DNA of 64,000 nucleotides, from NCBI GenBank assembly GCA_944388795.1, contig CALXKD010000004.1:9633-73632 (forward strand), in the 5' to 3' direction. How positions within the stretch are numbered: position 1 is the first letter of the stretch; each line of letters starts with the position of its first letter. The position numbers and the translations under genes are program-made. Below the pieces are notes generated by a model that saw nothing but the letters and a program-made list of their open reading frames with translations, made no database searches and was not told the origin of the DNA. The stretch comes from an uncultured Clostridia bacterium. Its GTDB lineage: Bacteria; Bacillota; Clostridia; TANB77; CAG-508. This document shows, piece after piece, positions 53,588 through 62,547 of this stretch.

Positions 53588-55363
53588 ATGAATACAATGC
53601 AAGATAAATATAATTGGAAGCTAGCAGATTTATATAAAGATACGGAGGATTTTCATGCTGCTGTTAAAACAATGAGAGCAGATTTAAAAGATATAGAGAC
53701 ATATAAAGGGAGATTATGCGAAAGTTCAGAAAATTTATATCAATGCTATGCTTTATATGAAAAGTTATTAATAAATTTTGATAAAATCTATTCTTATGGG
53801 ATGTTTTCTTATCATTTAAATATGGCGAATCAAGAAGGCATAAAATTATTTAAAGAAGTAGAAAATTTATCATCAGAATTTAGTACAGCAACTTCTTTCA
53901 TTACACCTGAAATTACATTTACAGATGAAAAGATAATTCATACATATTTATCTGAGGATAAAAGATTACAACCATATGCAAGAGATATAAAAGATATTTT
54001 AGAAGAGAAAAAACATATTTTAAGTAAGGAGGAGGAAAACTTACTTGCTAATTATTCAGAAGTATTTTCAGGCCCAGAAAATATATATGATATCTTAACA
54101 AATGCAGAATTTAAATTTGGAACTTTAACAAATGAAGAGGGAAAAGAAGTAGAGTTAACAGATGCAACATATACAAAATATTTAAAAAGCCAAAATATAG
54201 AAGTTAGAAAACAAGCTTTTCATTTAATGTACAAGAAATATAGTGAATATATTAATACCATAACAGAAATGTATTTATCAAATGTAAAGCAAACCGTTAT
54301 TACTTCAAGATTAAGAAAATATACCTCTTCTTTAGAAAGAGCAACTATTCATGATGATGCAACAATCAAAGTATATGAAGCCTTGATGAAGGGTGTTAAC
54401 GATGGATTAGAAATTAATCATGAATTTATATCTTTAAAAAGAAAATTGTTAAATATGAAGGAAATGCATATATATGATATCTATGTGAATCCATTTCAAG
54501 AAGAGGAGGATAAGATTTCCTTTGAAGATGCTAAAAAAGAAGTACTAGATGCCTTAGCCATATTAGGAAAAAAATATACAGCTCTATTAAATGAAGCTTT
54601 TGAAAATCATTGGATAGATGTATATGAAAAACCAAATAAAAGAGATGGGGCATATAGCTCTGGAGTATATGGAGTACATCCATTTGTATTAATGAGCTTT
54701 ACAGGAAATAAAAGAGATGTTGGCACCATTGCTCACGAATTAGGACATAGCATCCATTCATATTATTCTAATAAAACTCAAAATATTATTGATGCTAATT
54801 ACACCATTATGGTAGCGGAAGTAGCTTCAACTGTAAATGAAATTTTACTTAATGAATATCAAATACAGCATGAAAAAGATAGAAAGAAAAAGGCAGAATA
54901 TATTTATGAGCTTTTGGAAATGATAAGAGCAACCTTTTATAGACAATCTATGTTTGCAGAGTTTGAAAAGGAGGTACATGAAAAGATTGAAAATGGAGAA
55001 ATGTTGTCAGCAGAGGACTTAAATAAAATATATTATGCATTAAATCAAAAATATTTTGGAAAAGATATTATCATTGATAATGAAATACAATATGAATGGT
55101 CTAGAATACCTCATTTTTATACAGATTTTTATGTATATAAATATGCAACAGGAATATCAGCTGCTATTTGTATTGCAACAAAAATCTTGAATAAAGAAGA
55201 AGGATTTGTAGAAAAATATATAAACATGTTAAGTCAAGGCTGTACCAAAAAATCAGTCGAGCTTTTAAAGATGGTTGATGTTGATTTAGAAGATAGTAAT
55301 ACATATAGTATAATGACACAATTTTATAAAGATAAAATCGACGAATTAAAAAGTTTAATATAA
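53588..55363 (+). CDS. pepF: Oligoendopeptidase F (M3B family)
   Basis: 591 aa. Zinc motif IAHELGHSIH with the downstream E in VAEVAST. The N-terminus W.L.DLY...DF is typical of PepF. Confidence 0.88.
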   Translation: MNTMQDKYNWKLADLYKDTEDFHAAVKTMRADLKDIETYKGRLCESSENLYQCYALYEKLLINFDKIYSYGMFSYHLNMANQEGIKLFKEVENLSSEFSTATSFITPEITFTDEKIIHTYLSEDKRLQPYARDIKDILEEKKHILSKEEENLLANYSEVFSGPENIYDILTNAEFKFGTLTNEEGKEVELTDATYTKYLKSQNIEVRKQAFHLMYKKYSEYINTITEMYLSNVKQTVITSRLRKYTSSLERATIHDDATIKVYEALMKGVNDGLEINHEFISLKRKLLNMKEMHIYDIYVNPFQEEEDKISFEDAKKEVLDALAILGKKYTALLNEAFENHWIDVYEKPNKRDGAYSSGVYGVHPFVLMSFTGNKRDVGTIAHELGHSIHSYYSNKTQNIIDANYTIMVAEVASTVNEILLNEYQIQHEKDRKKKAEYIYELLEMIRATFYRQSMFAEFEKEVHEKIENGEMLSAEDLNKIYYALNQKYFGKDIIIDNEIQYEWSRIPHFYTDFYVYKYATGISAAICIATKILNKEEGFVEKYINMLSQGCTKKSVELLKMVDVDLEDSNTYSIMTQFYKDKIDELKSLI

Positions 55364-55385
55364 GAAAGGATTAATGGGTTTATAT

Positions 55386-56294
55386 ATGAAAAAAGAAAAG
55401 CTAAAGAAGGAAAAAATAGAAGTACAAAATCAAACAACAGAAGAAAATAATGAAAATGTAGTAAAGAAAAAAAGAACAATTAATGGAATTAGTATATGGA
55501 GAATTTTAGCATATTTTATTATTTACAGTATAGCAGGATATATCATTGAAACCATTTATGGCATTATAACAAAGGGTGTTTGGGAAAGTAGACAAAGCTT
55601 TTTGTATGGACCATTTTGTGGTATATATGGTTTAGGTGCCGTTATTATGATTGTATGTTTACACAAGTTTCCTAGAAAATTTAATACATTATTTCTTGGT
55701 GGATTCGTAGTTGGTTCTATTGTAGAATATGTTGTTAGCTTTTTAGGAGAAATGCTATTAGGTGTTAAATGGTGGGATTATTCAGGAATGCCACTAAATA
55801 TAAATGGAAGAATTTGCGTATATTTTTCTGTTTTCTGGGGATTTTTAGGAATTTATTTAATTGCATCTTTAAATCCAAAAGTAGATAAAATCATTGACTG
55901 GATAAAAAGTAAATTCAAAACCTATAAAACACTAAAAACATTCGTTATGACAGTATTTATAGTATTAATGATAGATTGTATATCTACTGGATTTGCCATT
56001 GAGTTTTTCTTAGTAAGAATGATTGTCCAAAATGATATTGATGTTGCTGACAAAGAATTGGTTATAGAGCAATATGATAAAATATATGGAAACGAAAAAT
56101 TATCTGATTTTATATATCAATTCTGGGGAGATAAAAAAATGATAAGAACATTTCCTAATTTAAAGATATCAGATAAAAATGGAAATATTATATATATGGA
56201 CAGTTTGCTAGATATACAACCATATTATCTAAGAGTTCATGATAGAAACAATAAAAATAATGAAGAAGTAGAAGAAGATATTCGAGGAGAATAA
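55386..56294 (+). CDS. CmpB-like membrane protein, paralog 3 (with N- and C-terminal extensions)
   Basis: Start at ATG 55386. AGYIIETIYG, RQSFLYGPFCGIYGLGAV, VEYVVSFLGEMLLGVKWWDYS, NINGRICV and FWG. Confidence 0.6.
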   Translation: MKKEKLKKEKIEVQNQTTEENNENVVKKKRTINGISIWRILAYFIIYSIAGYIIETIYGIITKGVWESRQSFLYGPFCGIYGLGAVIMIVCLHKFPRKFNTLFLGGFVVGSIVEYVVSFLGEMLLGVKWWDYSGMPLNINGRICVYFSVFWGFLGIYLIASLNPKVDKIIDWIKSKFKTYKTLKTFVMTVFIVLMIDCISTGFAIEFFLVRMIVQNDIDVADKELVIEQYDKIYGNEKLSDFIYQFWGDKKMIRTFPNLKISDKNGNIIYMDSLLDIQPYYLRVHDRNNKNNEEVEEDIRGE

Positions 56295-56300
56295 AATGGA

Positions 56301-56332
56301 AGAGAATTTCTAATATAGAAATTCTTTTTTAA
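56301..56332 (+). terminator. Rho-independent terminator
   Basis: agaatttc taatata gaaattct tttttaattttt. Confidence 0.7.
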
Positions 56333-56423
56333 TTTTTAGAAAAAAATGGATAGCATTGCGAAAATATGACATCAATGCTATAATAAAATTAATGGAAATA
56401 TAAACTAAGGAGGAGAAGTCTAG

Positions 56424-59240
56424 ATGAAAAGTTATATAAAAAAACTACTTTCTTTTTTGTTAATTATGGTAATGTTATTACCAATTAGTTTGCCAGTTAT
56501 ATCTAAAGCTGCTGACTCTGAAACTACTTCCAGACAAGAGGCTTCAATTGATGTACAATTACAAAGAGATGAAACAAATCCTAATATCATCCATATAACC
56601 GCAACAGATACAACATATAAAATTACAGATTTAAAATATGTACATCAATATATAGAAACTGATAATGTAGATTATTTTGAGGAAGAGCATGAAGAAATCT
56701 ATACCTTTGATATAACACCTGCACAAACGATACAAGAAACATTTGAATTAGAGGGATATGGAAGTTATACCGTATATGCTAAAAATGAAAGAGGAGATAG
56801 ATTCTTAGCAAGATTAACAGTAAATGATCCAAATGATATGCCTCAAATTACATTAACAAGAAATGAAGAAAATCCATTAGAATTAACGATTCATGTTACG
56901 AGTAAAAACAATACGATTACAAAATTAAAAATAGCTAAAAAACAAAATCTAACAGATACAATTGATTTTAGCAGAGAAGGAACAGACATTGAATTTATAC
57001 AAAGCAAGGATGTAACTGTTCAATATACAGAAATCACAGAGGAAGGTCTATATGTCATTTATGCAGAGGATAGTGAAGGAAATAAGACGACTACCCAAAT
57101 ATATTTAGCAGAAGAAACGACACCAATTAAAGCGTCTATTACAGATGGAACTAATCCAAGAGAAGTTAATATACAAATAACAGATGCACTTTGTAATATT
57201 ATTAAGGTAAAAGTAGCTAAAAAATCAGAAATAACAGATTTTAAGGATTTTGAAACTAAAGGAGATACATTATCCATTACAGAGGGAAAAAATGTCAATA
57301 TAACCTATGTAGCACCAGAGGATAATACATATGTATTTTATATAGAAGATGAAGCAGGTTATAAAAAGATGGTGGAAAAAAGAATCACCTCAGAAGAAAA
57401 AACAATGCAGGTTTCTATAAGCCAAAGTAGTGCTTCACCAAAAGAATTAACAATCATGGCTACCAATGCGATTTGTAATATAGTAGAAATGAAAATTGCT
57501 ATTGGAAATGATATAGATATGGACTATTTCAAAAATAATGGAGAGGCTATTCCAATAGAACCAGGAAGAGAAGTGGTTGTGAATTATACAGTTAATGAAA
57601 ATTGTATGATTAATGTATATGTCAAAGACGAACAAGGATATAGTTATTTATATAAAAAACAAATCATAGGAATTGATGAGCCAGATCCAGAACCAAATGT
57701 ACCACCAGAAATTACATTGGTACAAAATACAGAAAATCTAAGACAAATTGATGTAACTGTTAGTGACCAAGATTCTTATATTGATGAAGTAAAATGGGCA
57801 AGAGGAAGTCAAACCATCTCATATTTTGCAAATAATGGAACAAGAATAGGACAAGGAAGTGTAGGTAGTAGGATTCATACAGAATTCACAATCAATGCAA
57901 CAGGAATCTATACCGTATATGCAAGAGATGAGGATGGAAATGAAGTTGTAAAAGAAATTAATATTACTAATATTGAAGAAATACCAGAAGAGGATACAAC
58001 ACCACCTGTTGTTAATAATGTAGAAAATGGTAAAATATATACAACATCTGTAAGACCAGAAATTATAGATGAAAACTTATCAGAAATTTACTTAACAAGA
58101 AATGGAATAGATGTAGAAAATTACCAAAATGGAGATATGATAGAAGAGGAAGGAGAATATGTTTTAAATGCAGTTGATGCAGCAGGAAATGAAGTAGTAG
58201 TGAAATTTATAATTGATAAAACAGCACCAGAAATAACAATTAGCCAACAAAATACAGATAATGAAAATGTAGTTGTAACGATGAACTTTACAGATAATTT
58301 AACAACTATTGATACAGTAAAAGTAGCTAATGGAAATCAAGATATTTCTTATTTTGAAAATGGAGGACAAACAGTTGCATTAGAAAAACAAGACCATACA
58401 GCAAAGGCAATGATTAATGTTACAAAAAATGGAACCTATACCGTATATGTACAAGATGAAGGTGGAAATGCTAAAGTAGAGACTTTCCAAGTAACCACTA
58501 TTACCGAAATACCAGACATACAAGATACAACCCCTCCAACAATCGAAACAACAAATGCAATAGAAGGCGAAAATGAATCTGTAAAAGTTACAATACAAGT
58601 AAATGATACACAATCACAAATTGACACCATAAAAATAGCGAGTGGATCCCAAAATATAGCATATTTTCAAAATCAAGGAACAACATTACAAACAATCAAA
58701 GAGGATAAATCTGCTCAAGCAGTTGTCATGATTACTAAGAATGGAACATATACCATATATGCTAAAGATGAAAAGGGAAATGAAAGTATAAAAGTCATTA
58801 CAATTTCAGAAATTGTGACACCAGAGCCAGAACCAGAACCAGATGATACAATAATTTCATCTATATATGAAGTTACAACAACAAGAATTAATAAAATATC
58901 TCCAAATACGGATATACACACATTTAAAAATAATATTTCAACTGAAATTGGATATAAAGTAGTCAATAAAGAGGGAGAGGAATTAGGAGATACAGATAGA
59001 ATTGGAACAGGAGATAAGTTGATAACAGATACGAATAAAGAATATATTTTAATTGTAACAGGAGATTTAAATGGTGATGGTAATATAACACCTACAGATA
59101 TGTCTATGATTAGAAAACATTATTTAGGTATAGAGAACTTACAAGATGAATATTTAGAAGCTGCTGATGTGGATAATAATGATAAAATCAGTTTAAATGA
59201 TATATCAATTATGAGAAAAGCAATATTAGAAATTGATTGA
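56424..59240 (+). CDS. Secreted repeat-domain protein with C-terminal type-I dockerin-like module
   Basis: Signal peptide ending SKAADS. About 7 divergent ~95-aa modules, each ending (N)GTYT(V/I)YA.DE.GN. Pro/Glu-rich linkers (EPDPEPNVPP, TPEPEPEPDD). C-terminal duplicated calcium-binding segment GDLNGDGNITPTDMSMIRKHYLG...ADVDNNDKISLNDISIMRKAIL at 59058-59237. Confidence 0.75.
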   Translation: MKSYIKKLLSFLLIMVMLLPISLPVISKAADSETTSRQEASIDVQLQRDETNPNIIHITATDTTYKITDLKYVHQYIETDNVDYFEEEHEEIYTFDITPAQTIQETFELEGYGSYTVYAKNERGDRFLARLTVNDPNDMPQITLTRNEENPLELTIHVTSKNNTITKLKIAKKQNLTDTIDFSREGTDIEFIQSKDVTVQYTEITEEGLYVIYAEDSEGNKTTTQIYLAEETTPIKASITDGTNPREVNIQITDALCNIIKVKVAKKSEITDFKDFETKGDTLSITEGKNVNITYVAPEDNTYVFYIEDEAGYKKMVEKRITSEEKTMQVSISQSSASPKELTIMATNAICNIVEMKIAIGNDIDMDYFKNNGEAIPIEPGREVVVNYTVNENCMINVYVKDEQGYSYLYKKQIIGIDEPDPEPNVPPEITLVQNTENLRQIDVTVSDQDSYIDEVKWARGSQTISYFANNGTRIGQGSVGSRIHTEFTINATGIYTVYARDEDGNEVVKEINITNIEEIPEEDTTPPVVNNVENGKIYTTSVRPEIIDENLSEIYLTRNGIDVENYQNGDMIEEEGEYVLNAVDAAGNEVVVKFIIDKTAPEITISQQNTDNENVVVTMNFTDNLTTIDTVKVANGNQDISYFENGGQTVALEKQDHTAKAMINVTKNGTYTVYVQDEGGNAKVETFQVTTITEIPDIQDTTPPTIETTNAIEGENESVKVTIQVNDTQSQIDTIKIASGSQNIAYFQNQGTTLQTIKEDKSAQAVVMITKNGTYTIYAKDEKGNESIKVITISEIVTPEPEPEPDDTIISSIYEVTTTRINKISPNTDIHTFKNNISTEIGYKVVNKEGEELGDTDRIGTGDKLITDTNKEYILIVTGDLNGDGNITPTDMSMIRKHYLGIENLQDEYLEAADVDNNDKISLNDISIMRKAILEID
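56520..58850 (+). repeat. Divergent tandem coding modules (~285 nt) in the surface protein
   Basis: The repeat is visible at protein level only: I.L..N..NP..I.V...D....I..VK.A.G.Q.I.YF.N.G......T....I..NGTYTVYA.DE.GN. Confidence 0.6.
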
Positions 59241-59255
59241 TAAGATATCACAACA

Positions 59256-59298
59256 ATCACTTAATTTAGGGAATTTTCTAAATTAAGTGATATTTTTT
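59256..59298 (+). terminator. Rho-independent terminator
   Basis: atcacttaatttag ggaatttt ctaaattaagtgat attttttat: 14-bp perfect stem. Confidence 0.85.
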
Positions 59299-59356
59299 AT
59301 CTTTTTTGAAACTTTTTCTAAATATATTATGACTATATAGTAAAGGGGGTATACAA

Positions 59357-59899
59357 ATGTGCGCACAAATAAAGGAAGAAAATTTTAAAGAAGTATATAG
59401 AGAAACTTATCCAGAAACCTTAAAATTTATTGTTATAAAATGTAACAATATGGATGATATCAATGATATTCTTCAAGATACCTATTTAGAATTATTGTTA
59501 TTACTTAAGAAAAGGAAGGTGTTAGAAATAGAACATATCCATCCATATATTTTAGGAATTGCAAATAATATTATTAAAAGACATTATCATAAAAAAATGA
59601 AGCATCACAAAGTAATATATTATCCAGAAAAAGAAGAAAATATAGAAATTAAAGATGATTTTGATTTAGAACAAGAGATTATTACAAAAGATAATGTAAA
59701 AACTGTTTGGGAATATGTAAAAGATAAAGATATCATAACATCGAAAATTTTTTACTTATATTTCTCATTTGGATTGAAAATTTCAGAAATAGCGGAAGAA
59801 TTAAATTTAAAAGAATCAAATGTTAAAAATCGAATTTATAGAACACTAAAAGAATTAAAAGAATTTCTAGGAAAGGAAGTGATGGAAAATGGTAAATAA
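59357..59899 (+). CDS. ECF-type sigma-70 family RNA polymerase sigma factor
   Basis: 180 aa. Region 2-like DDINDILQDTYLELL...IANNIIKRHY. Region 4 HTH GLKISEIAEELNLKESNVKNRIYRTLKELKEFL. Confidence 0.8.
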   Translation: MCAQIKEENFKEVYRETYPETLKFIVIKCNNMDDINDILQDTYLELLLLLKKRKVLEIEHIHPYILGIANNIIKRHYHKKMKHHKVIYYPEKEENIEIKDDFDLEQEIITKDNVKTVWEYVKDKDIITSKIFYLYFSFGLKISEIAEELNLKESNVKNRIYRTLKELKEFLGKEVMENGK

Positions 59900-61070
59900 A
59901 GATTTTCAAGAATATACAGAAAAACTATATAATATAGATGCAAATTACGAAGCAATTCTTTCTAGAAATAAGAAAGGAGTGAGTAAAATGAAGCGTTATA
60001 AGAAAAAAGTGTTAAATATAGCAGCTATGTTTATTGTTGTGATATTAGTAGGTATTTTATCTACACAAATTTATGCAAAAATTCAATGGGATATTGAATT
60101 TAAAGAATATGAAAATAGACAATATGAAACTGGTGCTGGAAGTGTAAATGAAGTGATAAAGGCAGGTTATACAGAAGACATAAAAATGGACTATATTGCA
60201 CAAGATGGTATTCGTGTAAAAGTTAATTCATTAATGATAACCGATTACCAATTTGAAGCAGATATAGATTTTCAATTTGATGAAGATATTGTGTTAGATT
60301 CTGAACAATTTGATTTCGGATATGCTGTATATGATGATGAAAACAATATATATGGTGTCATACCTAGATTACATGTAGATAGTAAAAAGTATGATTATAA
60401 TGATTATACAAAGTATTTATATGAAGAATTAGGGATAAAATATGATAATAAGAATCTTTTAGGGGTTCAATACCATGATTCTGCTGCAAGAGGAAATAAA
60501 TATGCAAAAGACAGAAATATTGTTTCTACAATTACAATGGAATCAAGTAAGGGATTTCCTCGTAGTAAAAAAATATATATCAGAATTTTTGATTTAGGCT
60601 ATACCATGTATGATGTGCAAGAGGAAAATGGCGAATTTAAATTAAATACATCAGAAACATTTACAATTTCTGATGCGGAATGGATTTTTGAAATTGAAGT
60701 ACCAGATAAATTTTATGAAAGAGAAACCGCAGAATTACAATTAAAGGAAGCTATACCAGAAGTAGATATTGATAAAATATCACTTGCAGAAACAAATCTG
60801 GTAATGGAATTTCAATCAGAAAGCATGAGAAATGTGATTATATCTGGAATGGATATGGAAGCTGGTAAATGGGCAGAAGTACAAAAGGAAATGCTATATA
60901 TAACAGATGGTGAAGGAAATCGATATGATACAACATCAATGGGAACAACACAAGAGGAGAATGGTTTAAAAGTAACATTTGATGTAAATAAAACCATATT
61001 AGAAAAGAAACTATATCTGAATGTAAATATAAATGGAAAAACATATATAAGTGAATTGATAGAAAAATAA
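59889..61070 (+). CDS. Putative anti-sigma factor (single-pass membrane protein with large extracytoplasmic domain)
   Basis: Overlaps the sigma gene by 11 nt. Short cytoplasmic N-terminus, TM helix VLNIAAMFIVVILVGILSTQIYA, and a ~320-aa external domain. This is the typical ECF partner arrangement. Confidence 0.6.
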   Translation: MVNKDFQEYTEKLYNIDANYEAILSRNKKGVSKMKRYKKKVLNIAAMFIVVILVGILSTQIYAKIQWDIEFKEYENRQYETGAGSVNEVIKAGYTEDIKMDYIAQDGIRVKVNSLMITDYQFEADIDFQFDEDIVLDSEQFDFGYAVYDDENNIYGVIPRLHVDSKKYDYNDYTKYLYEELGIKYDNKNLLGVQYHDSAARGNKYAKDRNIVSTITMESSKGFPRSKKIYIRIFDLGYTMYDVQEENGEFKLNTSETFTISDAEWIFEIEVPDKFYERETAELQLKEAIPEVDIDKISLAETNLVMEFQSESMRNVIISGMDMEAGKWAEVQKEMLYITDGEGNRYDTTSMGTTQEENGLKVTFDVNKTILEKKLYLNVNINGKTYISELIEK

Positions 61071-61089
61071 TATTATATATACGATTAAG

Positions 61090-61121
61090 GGCAAGAGATG
61101 TATAATCTCTTGTCTATTTTT
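61090..61121 (+). terminator. Rho-independent terminator
   Basis: caagagat gtata atctcttg tctattttta. Confidence 0.65.
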
Positions 61122-61225
61122 ATGATAAAAAATGAAAAAACTCTTGACTTGTAGTTAACTCTAAATGTTAATATATAAAAAATAATAGAAATAAAGGGGA
61201 AATACAAGTAAAGGTGGAATGATAT

Positions 61226-62394
61226 ATGAAAAATGAACAAACAAATAAGAGCATGACTAAAAAGATTATCATTGTTTTATTCGTATTAGCAATCCTTATT
61301 TTATTATCTATTTATGTATATAATCGTGTTAATACAAATACAGCAACTGATACTACAGCTAACACAGAGAATTTAATTGGTACAAATGAGGAAAACACGA
61401 CATTAGTTGCAGAAGCAACTGGTTCACAAGAAGATGAAACATGGGAATGGCAACATGATACACCTGAAAATCATAATATGAATCCAACTGTATTAGATAC
61501 ATTACATACAGAGTTAGATGCTTATCCTATAAATGCAGAAGTGATTATAAAAGATAGCGTTATTGTAGATGAATATTATAAAGAGGGATATGATCAAAAT
61601 AGTGTCTTTACTTTACAATCCACTTCAAAAAAAGTATTACATCTGCATTAATGGGAATTGCAATTGATAAAGGATATATAGAAGGTGTAGATACACCAAT
61701 ATCTACCTACTTTCCTCAAGTATTAGAATCAAATAATGAAAATTTAAAGCAAATTACTATATGGAATTTATTAACACATACAACAGGGCTTAATGTGAGT
61801 GATACTGCTAATTGGGATGAATGGTTAGCTTCAGATAATTGGGTGGATTATGTCTTAAATAGACCATCTTCATCAAGACCAGGAACCGTATTTAATTATT
61901 TTACAGGAAATACACATTTGTTATCAGCAATTATACAGCAGGCAACAGGACAAACAGCATATGATTTTGGTGTAGAGCATTTATTTAGTAAACTAGATAT
62001 GGATAGTGTACAATGTGGAGCAGACACTCAAGGAATTTCAGATGGTGGAAATGGTTTTGCTATGAATGTATATGATATGGCAAAATTTGGACAATTATAT
62101 CTAAATAAAGGTGTTTGGGAAGGAGAACAAATTATTTCACCAGAATGGATAGAGCAATCTACAACGCTTCAATTTGATAGATCTTCTGGCTCTGCTGATT
62201 ATGGCTATCAATGGTGGGTAAGAACATTTGGTGACCAAAATTATCCTGCCTATTTTGCACAAGGACATTTTGGACAATATATTTTTGTGGTTCCAGATTT
62301 AGAATTGGTGGTAGTTATGACAAGTCATTATGAGGGAGGTACAAGTATTTATTGGCAATATATGAATCAAATTGTTAATGCTTGCCAAGAATAA
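61226..62394 (+). pseudogene. Serine hydrolase (beta-lactamase/class C-like family) interrupted by a frameshift in an A7 run
   Basis: ORF 61226-61651 ends ...FTLQSTSKKVLHLH*. ORF 61651-62394 (-1 frame) continues MGIAIDKGYIEG.... Reading one extra A in the run 61627-61633 gives QSTSKKSITSALMGIAIDKGYI, restoring the SxxK active-site context. N-terminal TM/signal anchor. Confidence 0.75.
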
Positions 62395-62410
62395 AGAAAG
62401 TTTAAAGTGA

Positions 62411-62458
62411 AAACAAGATATTTTAAAAAAGCTTTTCTTAAAATATCTTGTTTTTTTA
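62411..62458 (+). terminator. Rho-independent terminator
   Basis: aaacaagatatttta ...13 nt... taaaatatcttgttt ttttt. Confidence 0.8.
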
Positions 62459-62547
62459 TGAATTTATATTTAAAACAAAACAAAATTTTGATATAATATA
62501 AAACAATCATTGTATGATTATGAAAATATACTGATTAGGAGGTATAT

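Noticed and set aside
62459-62547. LexA box expected upstream of uvrB
   Set aside because: Only a weak near-palindrome is present (acaatcattgt). There is no GAAC-N4-GTTC element, so no operator is annotated.
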